A stretch of 20,000 nucleotides of DNA. Source: an uncultured virus (IMG/VR IMGVR_UViG_3300030095_006218). Lineage: Duplodnaviria > Heunggongvirae > Uroviricota > Caudoviricetes. The stretch lies in the IMG/VR virus record IMGVR_UViG_3300030095_006218; one strand, written 5' to 3'. A program made the position numbers and the translations under genes. The stretch's first letter is position 1. Every line of letters begins with the position of its first letter. The notes below the pieces were generated by a model, which saw only the letters and a program-made list of their open reading frames with translations, made no database searches and was not told the DNA's origin. Below are positions 1 through 6,687 of the stretch, piece by piece.

Positions 1-281
1 TCTTCGTTTTCTGTGAGATTGCGAATATCACGATTTAGACGTATTGGCTTGCGGCCGGCCTTGTAGTTTTTATCTGTTGCCTTCCTTTTCTTGGAACCGC
101 CCTCGCCGTCCCAGCAGATAATTACTTCATCTGGCTTTGTTTCGCGGACCAACTTTTGAATAATCTTAAGAAACCCCTTAAGGCCGCCGATTGGCTGGCC
201 ATTAAGGGACAAGCTTGGATCTACAATGTAGGCTCTAAAATATGCATTGAGCGCATCAATGATTAAAAGACGCTTTTTCAT
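1..281 (-). CDS. Stand-alone 5'-3' exonuclease / flap endonuclease (Pol I N-terminal domain / T4 RNase H-like), 3' end outside the window
   Basis: Not in the ORF track; manual translation from ATG at 281 gives MKKRLLIIDALNAYFRAY...NGQPIGGLKGFL...IICWDGEGGSKKRK...YKAGR, matching the Pol I 5'-nuclease motifs LLIDG..FRAY, FD, and R...YKA.R. SD-like AGGA 7 nt upstream. The frame is open to position 1. Confidence 0.9.
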   Translation of the reverse strand, partial: MKKRLLIIDALNAYFRAYIVDPSLSLNGQPIGGLKGFLKIIQKLVRETKPDEVIICWDGEGGSKKRKATDKNYKAGRKPIRLNRDIRNLTENE

Positions 282-290
282 CTATTCATC

Positions 291-386
291 CTATTTTTGG
301 TTTCTTGCCTTGCGGCGATTGCGACGGCGCTTTGAGCCAACCTTACGGCGGCGGCGGCACTTTCTATGTGGTTCTTTACGACTCAT
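291..386 (-). CDS. 31 aa Arg/Lys-rich micro-protein (MSRKEPHRKCRRRRKVGSKRRRNRRKARNQK)
   Basis: Manual translation. Very strong SD (TAAGGAGGT, 398-390) overlaps the upstream stop codon, and the ORF fills the gap between the deaminase and exonuclease genes. Confidence 0.8.
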   Translation of the reverse strand: MSRKEPHRKCRRRRKVGSKRRRNRRKARNQK

Positions 387-395
387 ATTACCTCC

Positions 396-812
396 TTATA
401 ATTTATGAATTCCAACTGTTTTGTCATCAATAGTGTAAACTACTTTACGAACACCAACGTGGCGCAGTACTGCTTCACACATTTCGCAAGGTTTTGACAT
501 TTTAAAATCTCCTGCCTTTCCAATACGTGCAACATACACAGTTGCTCCTTGCGTAACAGAGCGGTCGATTCCTAAGACACATCCCAACTCTGCATGGTGG
601 GTTGCATGTCCGCAATCGCGCGTTCTAAAACGATTGCCCCAGCGTTTAAAGCTGTTCTTGTTGCAGGAAGAATTAATAATACTCCCTCCCCTAACAAGAA
701 GCGCGCCATGCCTATAGTCTTCAAAAACCGACTCTGCGGCTGTTCGACGGACAATCTCAAAATATCTCTTAGTCCTGCCCGTCATGGGCCGGTGCGATTC
801 CGAGTCATCCAT
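396..812 (-). CDS. Zn-dependent cytidine/dCMP deaminase-superfamily protein
   Basis: HAE and PCEMC zinc-binding motifs, RHGALLV N-terminal strand and GVRKVVY C-terminal motif. GGGGA SD and a sigma70 promoter lie directly upstream. Confidence 0.88.
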   Translation of the reverse strand: MDDSESHRPMTGRTKRYFEIVRRTAAESVFEDYRHGALLVRGGSIINSSCNKNSFKRWGNRFRTRDCGHATHHAELGCVLGIDRSVTQGATVYVARIGKAGDFKMSKPCEMCEAVLRHVGVRKVVYTIDDKTVGIHKL

Positions 813-831
813 TTTTTCCCCAACTATTACT

Positions 832-860
832 ATTATAGTTGATTATGAATCAAAAGTCAA
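832..860 (-). promoter_or_regulatory. Sigma70-type promoter for the deaminase / Arg-peptide / exonuclease unit
   Basis: TTGACT (860-855), 17 nt spacer, TATAAT (837-832). The -35 box overlaps the recA stop codon. Confidence 0.85.
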
Positions 861-1981
861 GCGCTTTTCTCTTCTTCTTCGCCATAAAAATCTGCGGCGT
901 TGCCCTTTCGTTCATCAAATTTTCTGATTACTTCTTCTTCCATGATCTCGACCACCCTATCCTTGAATTCTGAGTTTGCCATAAATTCCATCCATCGTGA
1001 AGGTTGAAACTTCTTCTCTGAGCCATCTGCCATTTTAAGCGTATACCATGCTCCTGAAGAGTTTAGGTGCTCAGAACTTTTAATCGCATCAAACCAAGAT
1101 TCTTCATCTTGGATGCCGATCTCTTCTCCCCACAAAATCTTGAAATTGCACTGCCTGCCTTGAGTGCCAAAACGGGATTTTTCTAGCTTAACTTTAACTT
1201 CAGATCCAACTCTAAATCCCTTGTCGTCTAAAACATAACTGGCTTTTGCTTTACGGCCTGTTAACCAGACTCTGAGTGAATATGCGTAAATCATCGCCTT
1301 TCCGCCGGGTGTCATATAGGGCGTCGTCATAGCCTCACTCGGTGAGCGCGTAATGTTTGTCTTAAGCTGATTGAGGACTAGAAAGGTCGACTGGCTATTT
1401 GCGATTGGTACAGTCAACTTCGACATGCCCTTAGCTAAAATTCTCGCTTTAACAGCCATCGAAGACAAGGGGTTGAAATCGCCTTCCACATCTGAAACCG
1501 ATGGAGTTAGCGCCAAGGAATCCCAGATGAAAAGCATGCGATTATCATTAGAGCCTAACAGCTCTTCGATCGTCTCCAAAACAAATTCCACCGAAGCCGC
1601 CTGAACATACAGTAGGTTATCTAGCTCACAGCCGGCTCGTTCAAGAAACGTTGGATCGATTGCTGATTCTGAATCAAAATAGATAACATCAATGCCCATC
1701 TTTTGTGCGTTTGCGGCAATTTGTGCTGCCATATAACTTTTACCGGTAGACTCCAGCCCTGCAATTTCAACAACTTTGCCAACCGGGATGCCAGCGAGAC
1801 TTCCGCGGCAGATAATTGAGTCAAGCCAACGCGAGCCGGTTGGAATCCAATCTTTGACCGCGGTGGGGTTGTCTTCTTTTAGACTGTGTGCGACCTTAAT
1901 ACCGGCCTTCTTATTAATTAAGTTTTTCATGTCTGCAATGCTGAGTTTTCCAGCACCAGAGCCTTTGCGAATTTTTGCCAT
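857..1981 (-). CDS. recA: RecA/UvsX-like recombinase
   Basis: WIPTGSRWLD, Walker A GLESTGKS, YFDSE, Walker B FIWDSL, LNQLK and TPGGKA motifs. ATG at 1981 (AGGA SD) is preferred over the TTG at 2002. Confidence 0.95.
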   Translation of the reverse strand: MAKIRKGSGAGKLSIADMKNLINKKAGIKVAHSLKEDNPTAVKDWIPTGSRWLDSIICRGSLAGIPVGKVVEIAGLESTGKSYMAAQIAANAQKMGIDVIYFDSESAIDPTFLERAGCELDNLLYVQAASVEFVLETIEELLGSNDNRMLFIWDSLALTPSVSDVEGDFNPLSSMAVKARILAKGMSKLTVPIANSQSTFLVLNQLKTNITRSPSEAMTTPYMTPGGKAMIYAYSLRVWLTGRKAKASYVLDDKGFRVGSEVKVKLEKSRFGTQGRQCNFKILWGEEIGIQDEESWFDAIKSSEHLNSSGAWYTLKMADGSEKKFQPSRWMEFMANSEFKDRVVEIMEEEVIRKFDERKGNAADFYGEEEEKSA

Positions 1982-1982
1982 T

Positions 1983-2462
1983 TTATAATCCTGTTTCGTC
2001 AAATTCTTCGTCTACAATCGGACCGTCTTCTGCATCATATGACACCAGCCAGCCAATTAGATTGTAGGGGTTAATCTTTTTATATTGTTGCGCAGACATT
2101 TTTATATTTGCGCGCATTTCTAAATGTAGTTTGGCTCTGTTTAGCGCCTTAACATCGTACTCAATCCACTTAAACTCGCGCCAGTTTCTCTCTATAACGT
2201 CAGCCATATACTCTGCGAATTCATAGTCGCCGCGATTATAGCCTTCCAGCAAGCCTGCGGCTCGCGCATCTTGCGAGGGCCCAATCGAAGTAAGTGCCGG
2301 ATCTGCAGCCAGTATAGCCAATTCTTCTGCTATTCCACTGTCTCCAATTTCCATATCAAGCAATTCTTCATCGAGATCGGAGCCAACTTCACATCGCTCA
2401 ACCCATTTAAAGATTAAAGTAGTGCTATCGGGAAGTTGATCTAGTATTTGTTTAAATGTCAT
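1983..2462 (-). CDS. Acidic hypothetical protein (~159 aa) between ssb and recA
   Basis: 3' part of track ORF 1983..2651. The ATG at 2462 avoids overlap with ssb and the intergenic hairpin. The stop lies 1 nt before the recA ATG. No clear SD. Confidence 0.7.
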   Translation of the reverse strand: MTFKQILDQLPDSTTLIFKWVERCEVGSDLDEELLDMEIGDSGIAEELAILAADPALTSIGPSQDARAAGLLEGYNRGDYEFAEYMADVIERNWREFKWIEYDVKALNRAKLHLEMRANIKMSAQQYKKINPYNLIGWLVSYDAEDGPIVDEEFDETGL

Positions 2463-2479
2463 TGTGTTGTTTAAAATGT

Positions 2480-2504
2480 GCGGCACCTGTTGACCCTGTG
2501 CCGC
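2480..2504 (-). other. GC-rich stem-loop downstream of ssb (terminator, processing or stabilising element)
   Basis: GCGGCAC-AGGGTCAACAG-GTGCCGC, a perfect 7 bp stem followed by ACATTTT (imperfect U tract). Confidence 0.55.
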
Positions 2505-2529
2505 CCCGTGGGTGTGGTAGAAGGTCTCT

Positions 2530-3321
2530 CTACGCGCCGCTAGCGCCGAGCAGCTCTTCAAAAGCACGGTCGACGCTCGTTCCGGTATCAGCAGAAGTTT
2601 CTGTCTTGTTGTACTTTTCCTCTTCTGATGCCCCACTTTCAGCAGTTGCATCGGAGGATAGGTACTCGTCCAACATCGAACCTACACTCTCTGACGTTGG
2701 ACACTCAAAAAGAGTATCAATATCAGGAATGTTCTCCAGCAGCTCCGCGGTCCACTCTTCTCCGCCAACTGATTCGTCGCCCAAGGGGGATGTGCGGCGT
2801 CGTGGCTGAAGCTTGGTTTGCGGGAATGACGCGCCGGCCGGCTTACCATAGTTAAGATTCAGGTCGGTGCCTTCATCTACATCTGTGATATCGCCATACT
2901 CCGGGTTTAGGACCAGATTAAGCAGTGTTTCGTATGCCATCTTACCATAACCCCAAATACGGGCTCCACGGTCTTCCTCGCCACGAACAACAATCGGGCT
3001 GAAAAACCGCTGGCGAGCGAACAGGCTCTTAGCCATTTTAAGGCTGTCCTTATCGTCATTTTGTGATCCTTCTCTCCACAAACTGGAAGCGAATTCACAA
3101 ACTGGGCAGTCTTGGCCGTGATTCTTCTTAGGACATAAGAATCCGGCGTTTTTGCCCACATTGTAGTGGAACCATAGTTCCTTGAACGGGTCTCCGTCCG
3201 AAGTCGGGAGGATTCGAATAGTTTGGTCACCATCATCTGGGCGCCAAGTAACGGAATTTCCCGATCCTTTGTTTTGTAGTTGATCGCGCTTTGCGCGCAT
3301 CTTGTCTAGATTAATAGCCAT
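2530..3321 (-). CDS. T4 gp32-like single-stranded DNA-binding protein
   Basis: WRP....QTIRILP, H plus CPKK...CPVCE putative Zn ligands, WGYGK, YGDITD...G.DL motifs and a long acidic C-terminal tail. AAGGAG SD. Confidence 0.88.
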   Translation of the reverse strand: MAINLDKMRAKRDQLQNKGSGNSVTWRPDDGDQTIRILPTSDGDPFKELWFHYNVGKNAGFLCPKKNHGQDCPVCEFASSLWREGSQNDDKDSLKMAKSLFARQRFFSPIVVRGEEDRGARIWGYGKMAYETLLNLVLNPEYGDITDVDEGTDLNLNYGKPAGASFPQTKLQPRRRTSPLGDESVGGEEWTAELLENIPDIDTLFECPTSESVGSMLDEYLSSDATAESGASEEEKYNKTETSADTGTSVDRAFEELLGASGA

Positions 3322-3353
3322 TTTGCTTCTCCTTTTTTGCTAATTGCTATAGT

Positions 3354-3377
3354 CAGGATAACCAATATCTCATCCTG
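3354..3377 (-). promoter_or_regulatory. Hairpin in the 5' leader of the ssb mRNA
   Basis: CAGGATGA-GATATTGG-TTATCCTG (8 bp stem with one G-U pair) starting just downstream of the predicted transcription start. Confidence 0.5.
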
Positions 3378-3386
3378 CTAATATTA

Positions 3387-3415
3387 AATATATCATTGTT
3401 GAGCTTAAATGTCAA
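3387..3415 (-). promoter_or_regulatory. Sigma70-type promoter for ssb-hyp-recA
   Basis: TTGACA (3415-3410), 17 nt spacer ending in TGA (extended -10), TATATT (3392-3387). An A-rich UP-like tract lies upstream. Confidence 0.85.
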
Positions 3416-3430
3416 GCTCTTTTTGTTAAT

Positions 3431-4264
3431 TTATTCACTTTCCTGTATAAAGTGCGTGTGGGCCACACAATAACAATAGTTGTCTTCATAACTGGTTGCG
3501 TAAATTCTGTAAGACACTTTTAGCCCTTGTTCTCTTTTTTGTTTAATCTCTTTGGTAATCTTCTTGTACAGGGTGCCGTCTGTTTTTAGCTGTTCTTCAT
3601 TTATAGCATAATAATACACCTTTTCTGTCATATTGTTAAGAGGAAAAAACAACATTTCTTTGTTTTTTTCCATATTGACAACCCCCAGTGTTGAAAGGCG
3701 CGCTATTTCATTCGGCTCCGAATTCTCGCCCATGACCGGCTTAGAATTGTCGAACACATTAAGCATGTGTATGGTGCTGACGATCAGCTCATTTAGCTTA
3801 TCATAATATCCTATAACTGGCACGTCTCCGTATATTGACTCCAATGAAGGGTTGTGAGATATCCACATCCTCTTGAACAACCCAGATCTGGTGTATTCTT
3901 GCAATATTCCAAAAGCGGCGCGTTCCTGAAGTTGTGCCATGCCACCCAACAAGCTAACATCTGGCTTAATATAAAGTATGTTAATATCGCAGTGTTTAAT
4001 TTGCTCTAATATAGCTAGCGTGCAGCCGCTAATTTTGCCAGAACCGCTAAGGATGAATAATACCTCCCCTTTAACGTTCCTAAAAAACCTTTTAAGATCC
4101 GGCACAGATTCTTCGTACTTTTCAGGGGTATCCTGTGGTTCAAGAGACATGCATTGTTGGCCCTTTATATCGGTGTCGATCTTATATATTGAATATTGCG
4201 GATGGCGCGCAAAACAGTCAGCCAGATTACAGCCGGCCTCTCCCAGCCCTATGATTGTTTCCAT
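3431..4264 (-). CDS. Divergent tubulin/FtsZ-superfamily protein (PhuZ/TubZ-like fold)
   Basis: N-terminal IIGLGEAGCNLAD (T1 loop), SGSGKISG at the position of the GGGTGSG signature, YIKPD, HNPSL (cf. DNEAL) and YDKLNELIVS (cf. tubulin YGDLNHLVS). AAGGAG SD lies inside the polymerase gene. Confidence 0.8.
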   Translation of the reverse strand: METIIGLGEAGCNLADCFARHPQYSIYKIDTDIKGQQCMSLEPQDTPEKYEESVPDLKRFFRNVKGEVLFILSGSGKISGCTLAILEQIKHCDINILYIKPDVSLLGGMAQLQERAAFGILQEYTRSGLFKRMWISHNPSLESIYGDVPVIGYYDKLNELIVSTIHMLNVFDNSKPVMGENSEPNEIARLSTLGVVNMEKNKEMLFFPLNNMTEKVYYYAINEEQLKTDGTLYKKITKEIKQKREQGLKVSYRIYATSYEDNYCYCVAHTHFIQESE

Positions 4265-5445
4265 TGAAGCTCCTTCATATCGCCAAAGTTTTTACCTGCG
4301 CTGATATTTGTCATAAACTCACCCAATTCTGTTCTTCGAAACGCCTTAACAATATCTGAAAGAGCGTCCCGATCTTCATCTGCCAAATCAATAACAAGAC
4401 TATCGTGTATTGTAAATGCTAAAAATGATTTTCTATTTTCCAACAATTTCATAACCCTCAATGCCGCGCGTAAAAACAAATCACTAGTTGAACTTTGAAT
4501 AAGATAGTTTAACGCGTGCCTCTTATCAGCATCAATGGATCTGTTGAAAGGTGTTTTTACGCAATTACCATTCCAATAATCTGCGAGAATCTTGCTTCTA
4601 TTGTACGTACGTTCTGGCAAATGATCTCTAGAATCGGGATTGTACAACCATGCAAAAATTCTCTTTTTTGCCTCTTCTCTAGTTATTAGATTATTATATA
4701 CATTCTTCACATTCCACATGTGAATATCTTGAGCCGGCTGCTTTTGACCGGATAGGGCTAGCAGTGTGCGCAATTCAGCCGCGTTGTAGTCTAACTCTAT
4801 AAGCCAGTCATTGGTAGGTCTTATAATACTTCTGTAATTCTTATCCATAGTTAAAATTGGAAAACTACTCTTACGGGTCGTCAAGCGGCCGGTTTTAGTG
4901 CCAAATATGTTATAATCGCAATAAGGCTGAATATGCTTTAAATTTTTAATGAAGTTGCGCACCTTTGTTTTAGCCATCATCTCCCTAAGTGCTTCTGGTT
5001 GTATATTTAATTTATTGTATCTAATTTGATATACCATTTTGGAAAGATCTTTTAAAAACTCATAGTTTTCTGGCTTGGGGTAATTATCAAACACATGTTG
5101 AGTAATTTGATTTTTCAAATCGCAATACTCCAGTAAAAACTGTTGCGGCACAAGATCGAAAAAGCAATTTTCATTTAGATCTACTTTTGCCTCTACAAAT
5201 GAGCGTAAAAAAGATTTGAGCCGGCTGTTAGTTGAAAGCCACGACTCTCTAAGTTCTTTTGGGCAAACATCATCAATGGGGCGGCCACCACAATAAAGTT
5301 CTGCATAATTAACGTCAGTATCCCGCAAAAATTCTGAGTAGTTCCACGTTCGACTCAACTCGGTCGGCAAGCTATCGCGCAAGAGTTTGCCATCAAAATA
5401 TACGCCAACACACTCTTTTTTGTTATCCAATGCCTGAAACAGCAT
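4249..5445 (-). CDS. polA: Miniature family A DNA polymerase-like protein (~398 aa)
   Basis: GTKTGRLTT (motif 2), LIELDYNAAELR (motif A), DIH, REEAKKRIFAWLY (motif B), ALNYLIQSSTSD and TIHDSL (motif C). ATG at 5445 follows an AAGGGG SD; alternative GTG at 5451. Confidence 0.88.
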   Translation of the reverse strand: MLFQALDNKKECVGVYFDGKLLRDSLPTELSRTWNYSEFLRDTDVNYAELYCGGRPIDDVCPKELRESWLSTNSRLKSFLRSFVEAKVDLNENCFFDLVPQQFLLEYCDLKNQITQHVFDNYPKPENYEFLKDLSKMVYQIRYNKLNIQPEALREMMAKTKVRNFIKNLKHIQPYCDYNIFGTKTGRLTTRKSSFPILTMDKNYRSIIRPTNDWLIELDYNAAELRTLLALSGQKQPAQDIHMWNVKNVYNNLITREEAKKRIFAWLYNPDSRDHLPERTYNRSKILADYWNGNCVKTPFNRSIDADKRHALNYLIQSSTSDLFLRAALRVMKLLENRKSFLAFTIHDSLVIDLADEDRDALSDIVKAFRRTELGEFMTNISAGKNFGDMKELQWKQS

Positions 5446-5457
5446 TAACACCCCTTT

Positions 5458-6684
5458 TTACTGACTTGTCGGAATAGAATACTTGCTCGTCAGCCTTGTA
5501 AATGAACCGTGCTGATTATAATATCCGCGTAGTCTAGTATTAATATAACTCATTGCGGCGAGAATGTCAACCTCTTCTAGAATACTTTTTGCATTTCGCA
5601 TAATTTTTGAAAATTCTGCAGGCCCAACTCTACCTCTTTTCTCATTATACCTTATTAGTCCATACATGTTTAACCAAAATTTATCACTATACTTGGTATT
5701 GATTTCATCAGCAGTCATTCGGTTTCTTCTTACAATCTTTTGTTTTGCGCCGCGGACACACGGTTTCACTTCGCTTAAAATCGGCCTCTGGGCGACCAGC
5801 CTGTTCCAATATCCCATGGTTATCCGCTTTAATATGGCAATTTCTCCAATCGCAGCTGATCGATACTGCCTCTGAAAAACTTCTCTGGCAGAATTTAAGC
5901 CGTATTTCATCATATAAGGCATCATTCCGGGGGATGCCAAATCTGCCACTAGTCTAAATGGCGAGTTTTTATCCACACTGAATCCGTGTTTGCGTGCAGC
6001 ATTTTTATAAAACTCAAAATTTTCACTATCGAAAAAATCATCAAACTTCCTCTGATCTTTTGAGTGATCCAAGGTGCCAACTTCTATTGTTATACCATTA
6101 ACAGCTATTGGGCACATTTTACTTACTACATACTCTGATTTGGTAAATGGCCTTGATTCGGTGACCTCAAAAACCCAATTTAAAAATACTTTTATGAAGT
6201 CATCAAAGTTTCTTATATTTACATCTTGATTATCTTCCCCCATGACAAAATCATTCATAAATTCTTTAAATAACTCAGATTCTATATATTTGTTATATTT
6301 TTGATCTATATCTACAAAAGCTTTTCTAGGCTTAAGTTTAGCCAACCACAAATCATTTTCGAATAATTGACCATTCCGGCAACCAAGTTCAAACTCTGTT
6401 ATCATATTGTCAAAAGCATCAGCGACAAAATTCATTGCTACGTGAGTGTCTGTACCTCTCGATTTTTGAGCAAATGGTTTTAGGTACTTCTTATCGGGCA
6501 CCACAGGACTCTCTTCAATGTCAACTCGGCCATAAAACAAATCCTCTGCAAATTCGAAATCTATGACGGGCTCGCCGGCGGTTACATTCAGCCTTTCATC
6601 TGCCTTAGCGCGGAATTTCACCCTTTCGGTGTACAATTCTTTTGACGAGTCTAATCCGTTTTTTCCTCTAAAAAATTTAGTCAC
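5458..6684 (-). CDS. Hypothetical protein (408 aa), possibly virion/baseplate associated
   Basis: Long ORF with a GTG start and GGAGG SD, tightly packed after the hub-like gene. No motif recognised. Confidence 0.8.
   Translation of the reverse strand: MTKFFRGKNGLDSSKELYTERVKFRAKADERLNVTAGEPVIDFEFAEDLFYGRVDIEESPVVPDKKYLKPFAQKSRGTDTHVAMNFVADAFDNMITEFELGCRNGQLFENDLWLAKLKPRKAFVDIDQKYNKYIESELFKEFMNDFVMGEDNQDVNIRNFDDFIKVFLNWVFEVTESRPFTKSEYVVSKMCPIAVNGITIEVGTLDHSKDQRKFDDFFDSENFEFYKNAARKHGFSVDKNSPFRLVADLASPGMMPYMMKYGLNSAREVFQRQYRSAAIGEIAILKRITMGYWNRLVAQRPILSEVKPCVRGAKQKIVRRNRMTADEINTKYSDKFWLNMYGLIRYNEKRGRVGPAEFSKIMRNAKSILEEVDILAAMSYINTRLRGYYNQHGSFTRLTSKYSIPTSQ
5542..5570 (-). promoter_or_regulatory. 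Sigma70-type promoter inside the 408 aa CDS, driving polA-tubulin
   Basis: TTGACA (5570-5565), 17 nt spacer, TATATT (5547-5542). The boxes are identical to those of the ssb promoter and lie ~95 nt upstream of the polA start. Confidence 0.75.
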
Positions 6685-6687
6685 CGC

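Noticed and set aside
2463..2651. N-terminal extension of track ORF 1983..2651
   Set aside because: It overlaps the ssb 3' end by 122 nt and crosses the intergenic hairpin. ATG 2462 is more parsimonious, and no slippery site supporting an ssb fusion was seen.
857..5445. Intein, intron or split-gene explanation for the short polymerase or RecA
   Set aside because: Motifs are collinear in single uninterrupted ORFs, with no intein termini or homing endonuclease motifs seen.
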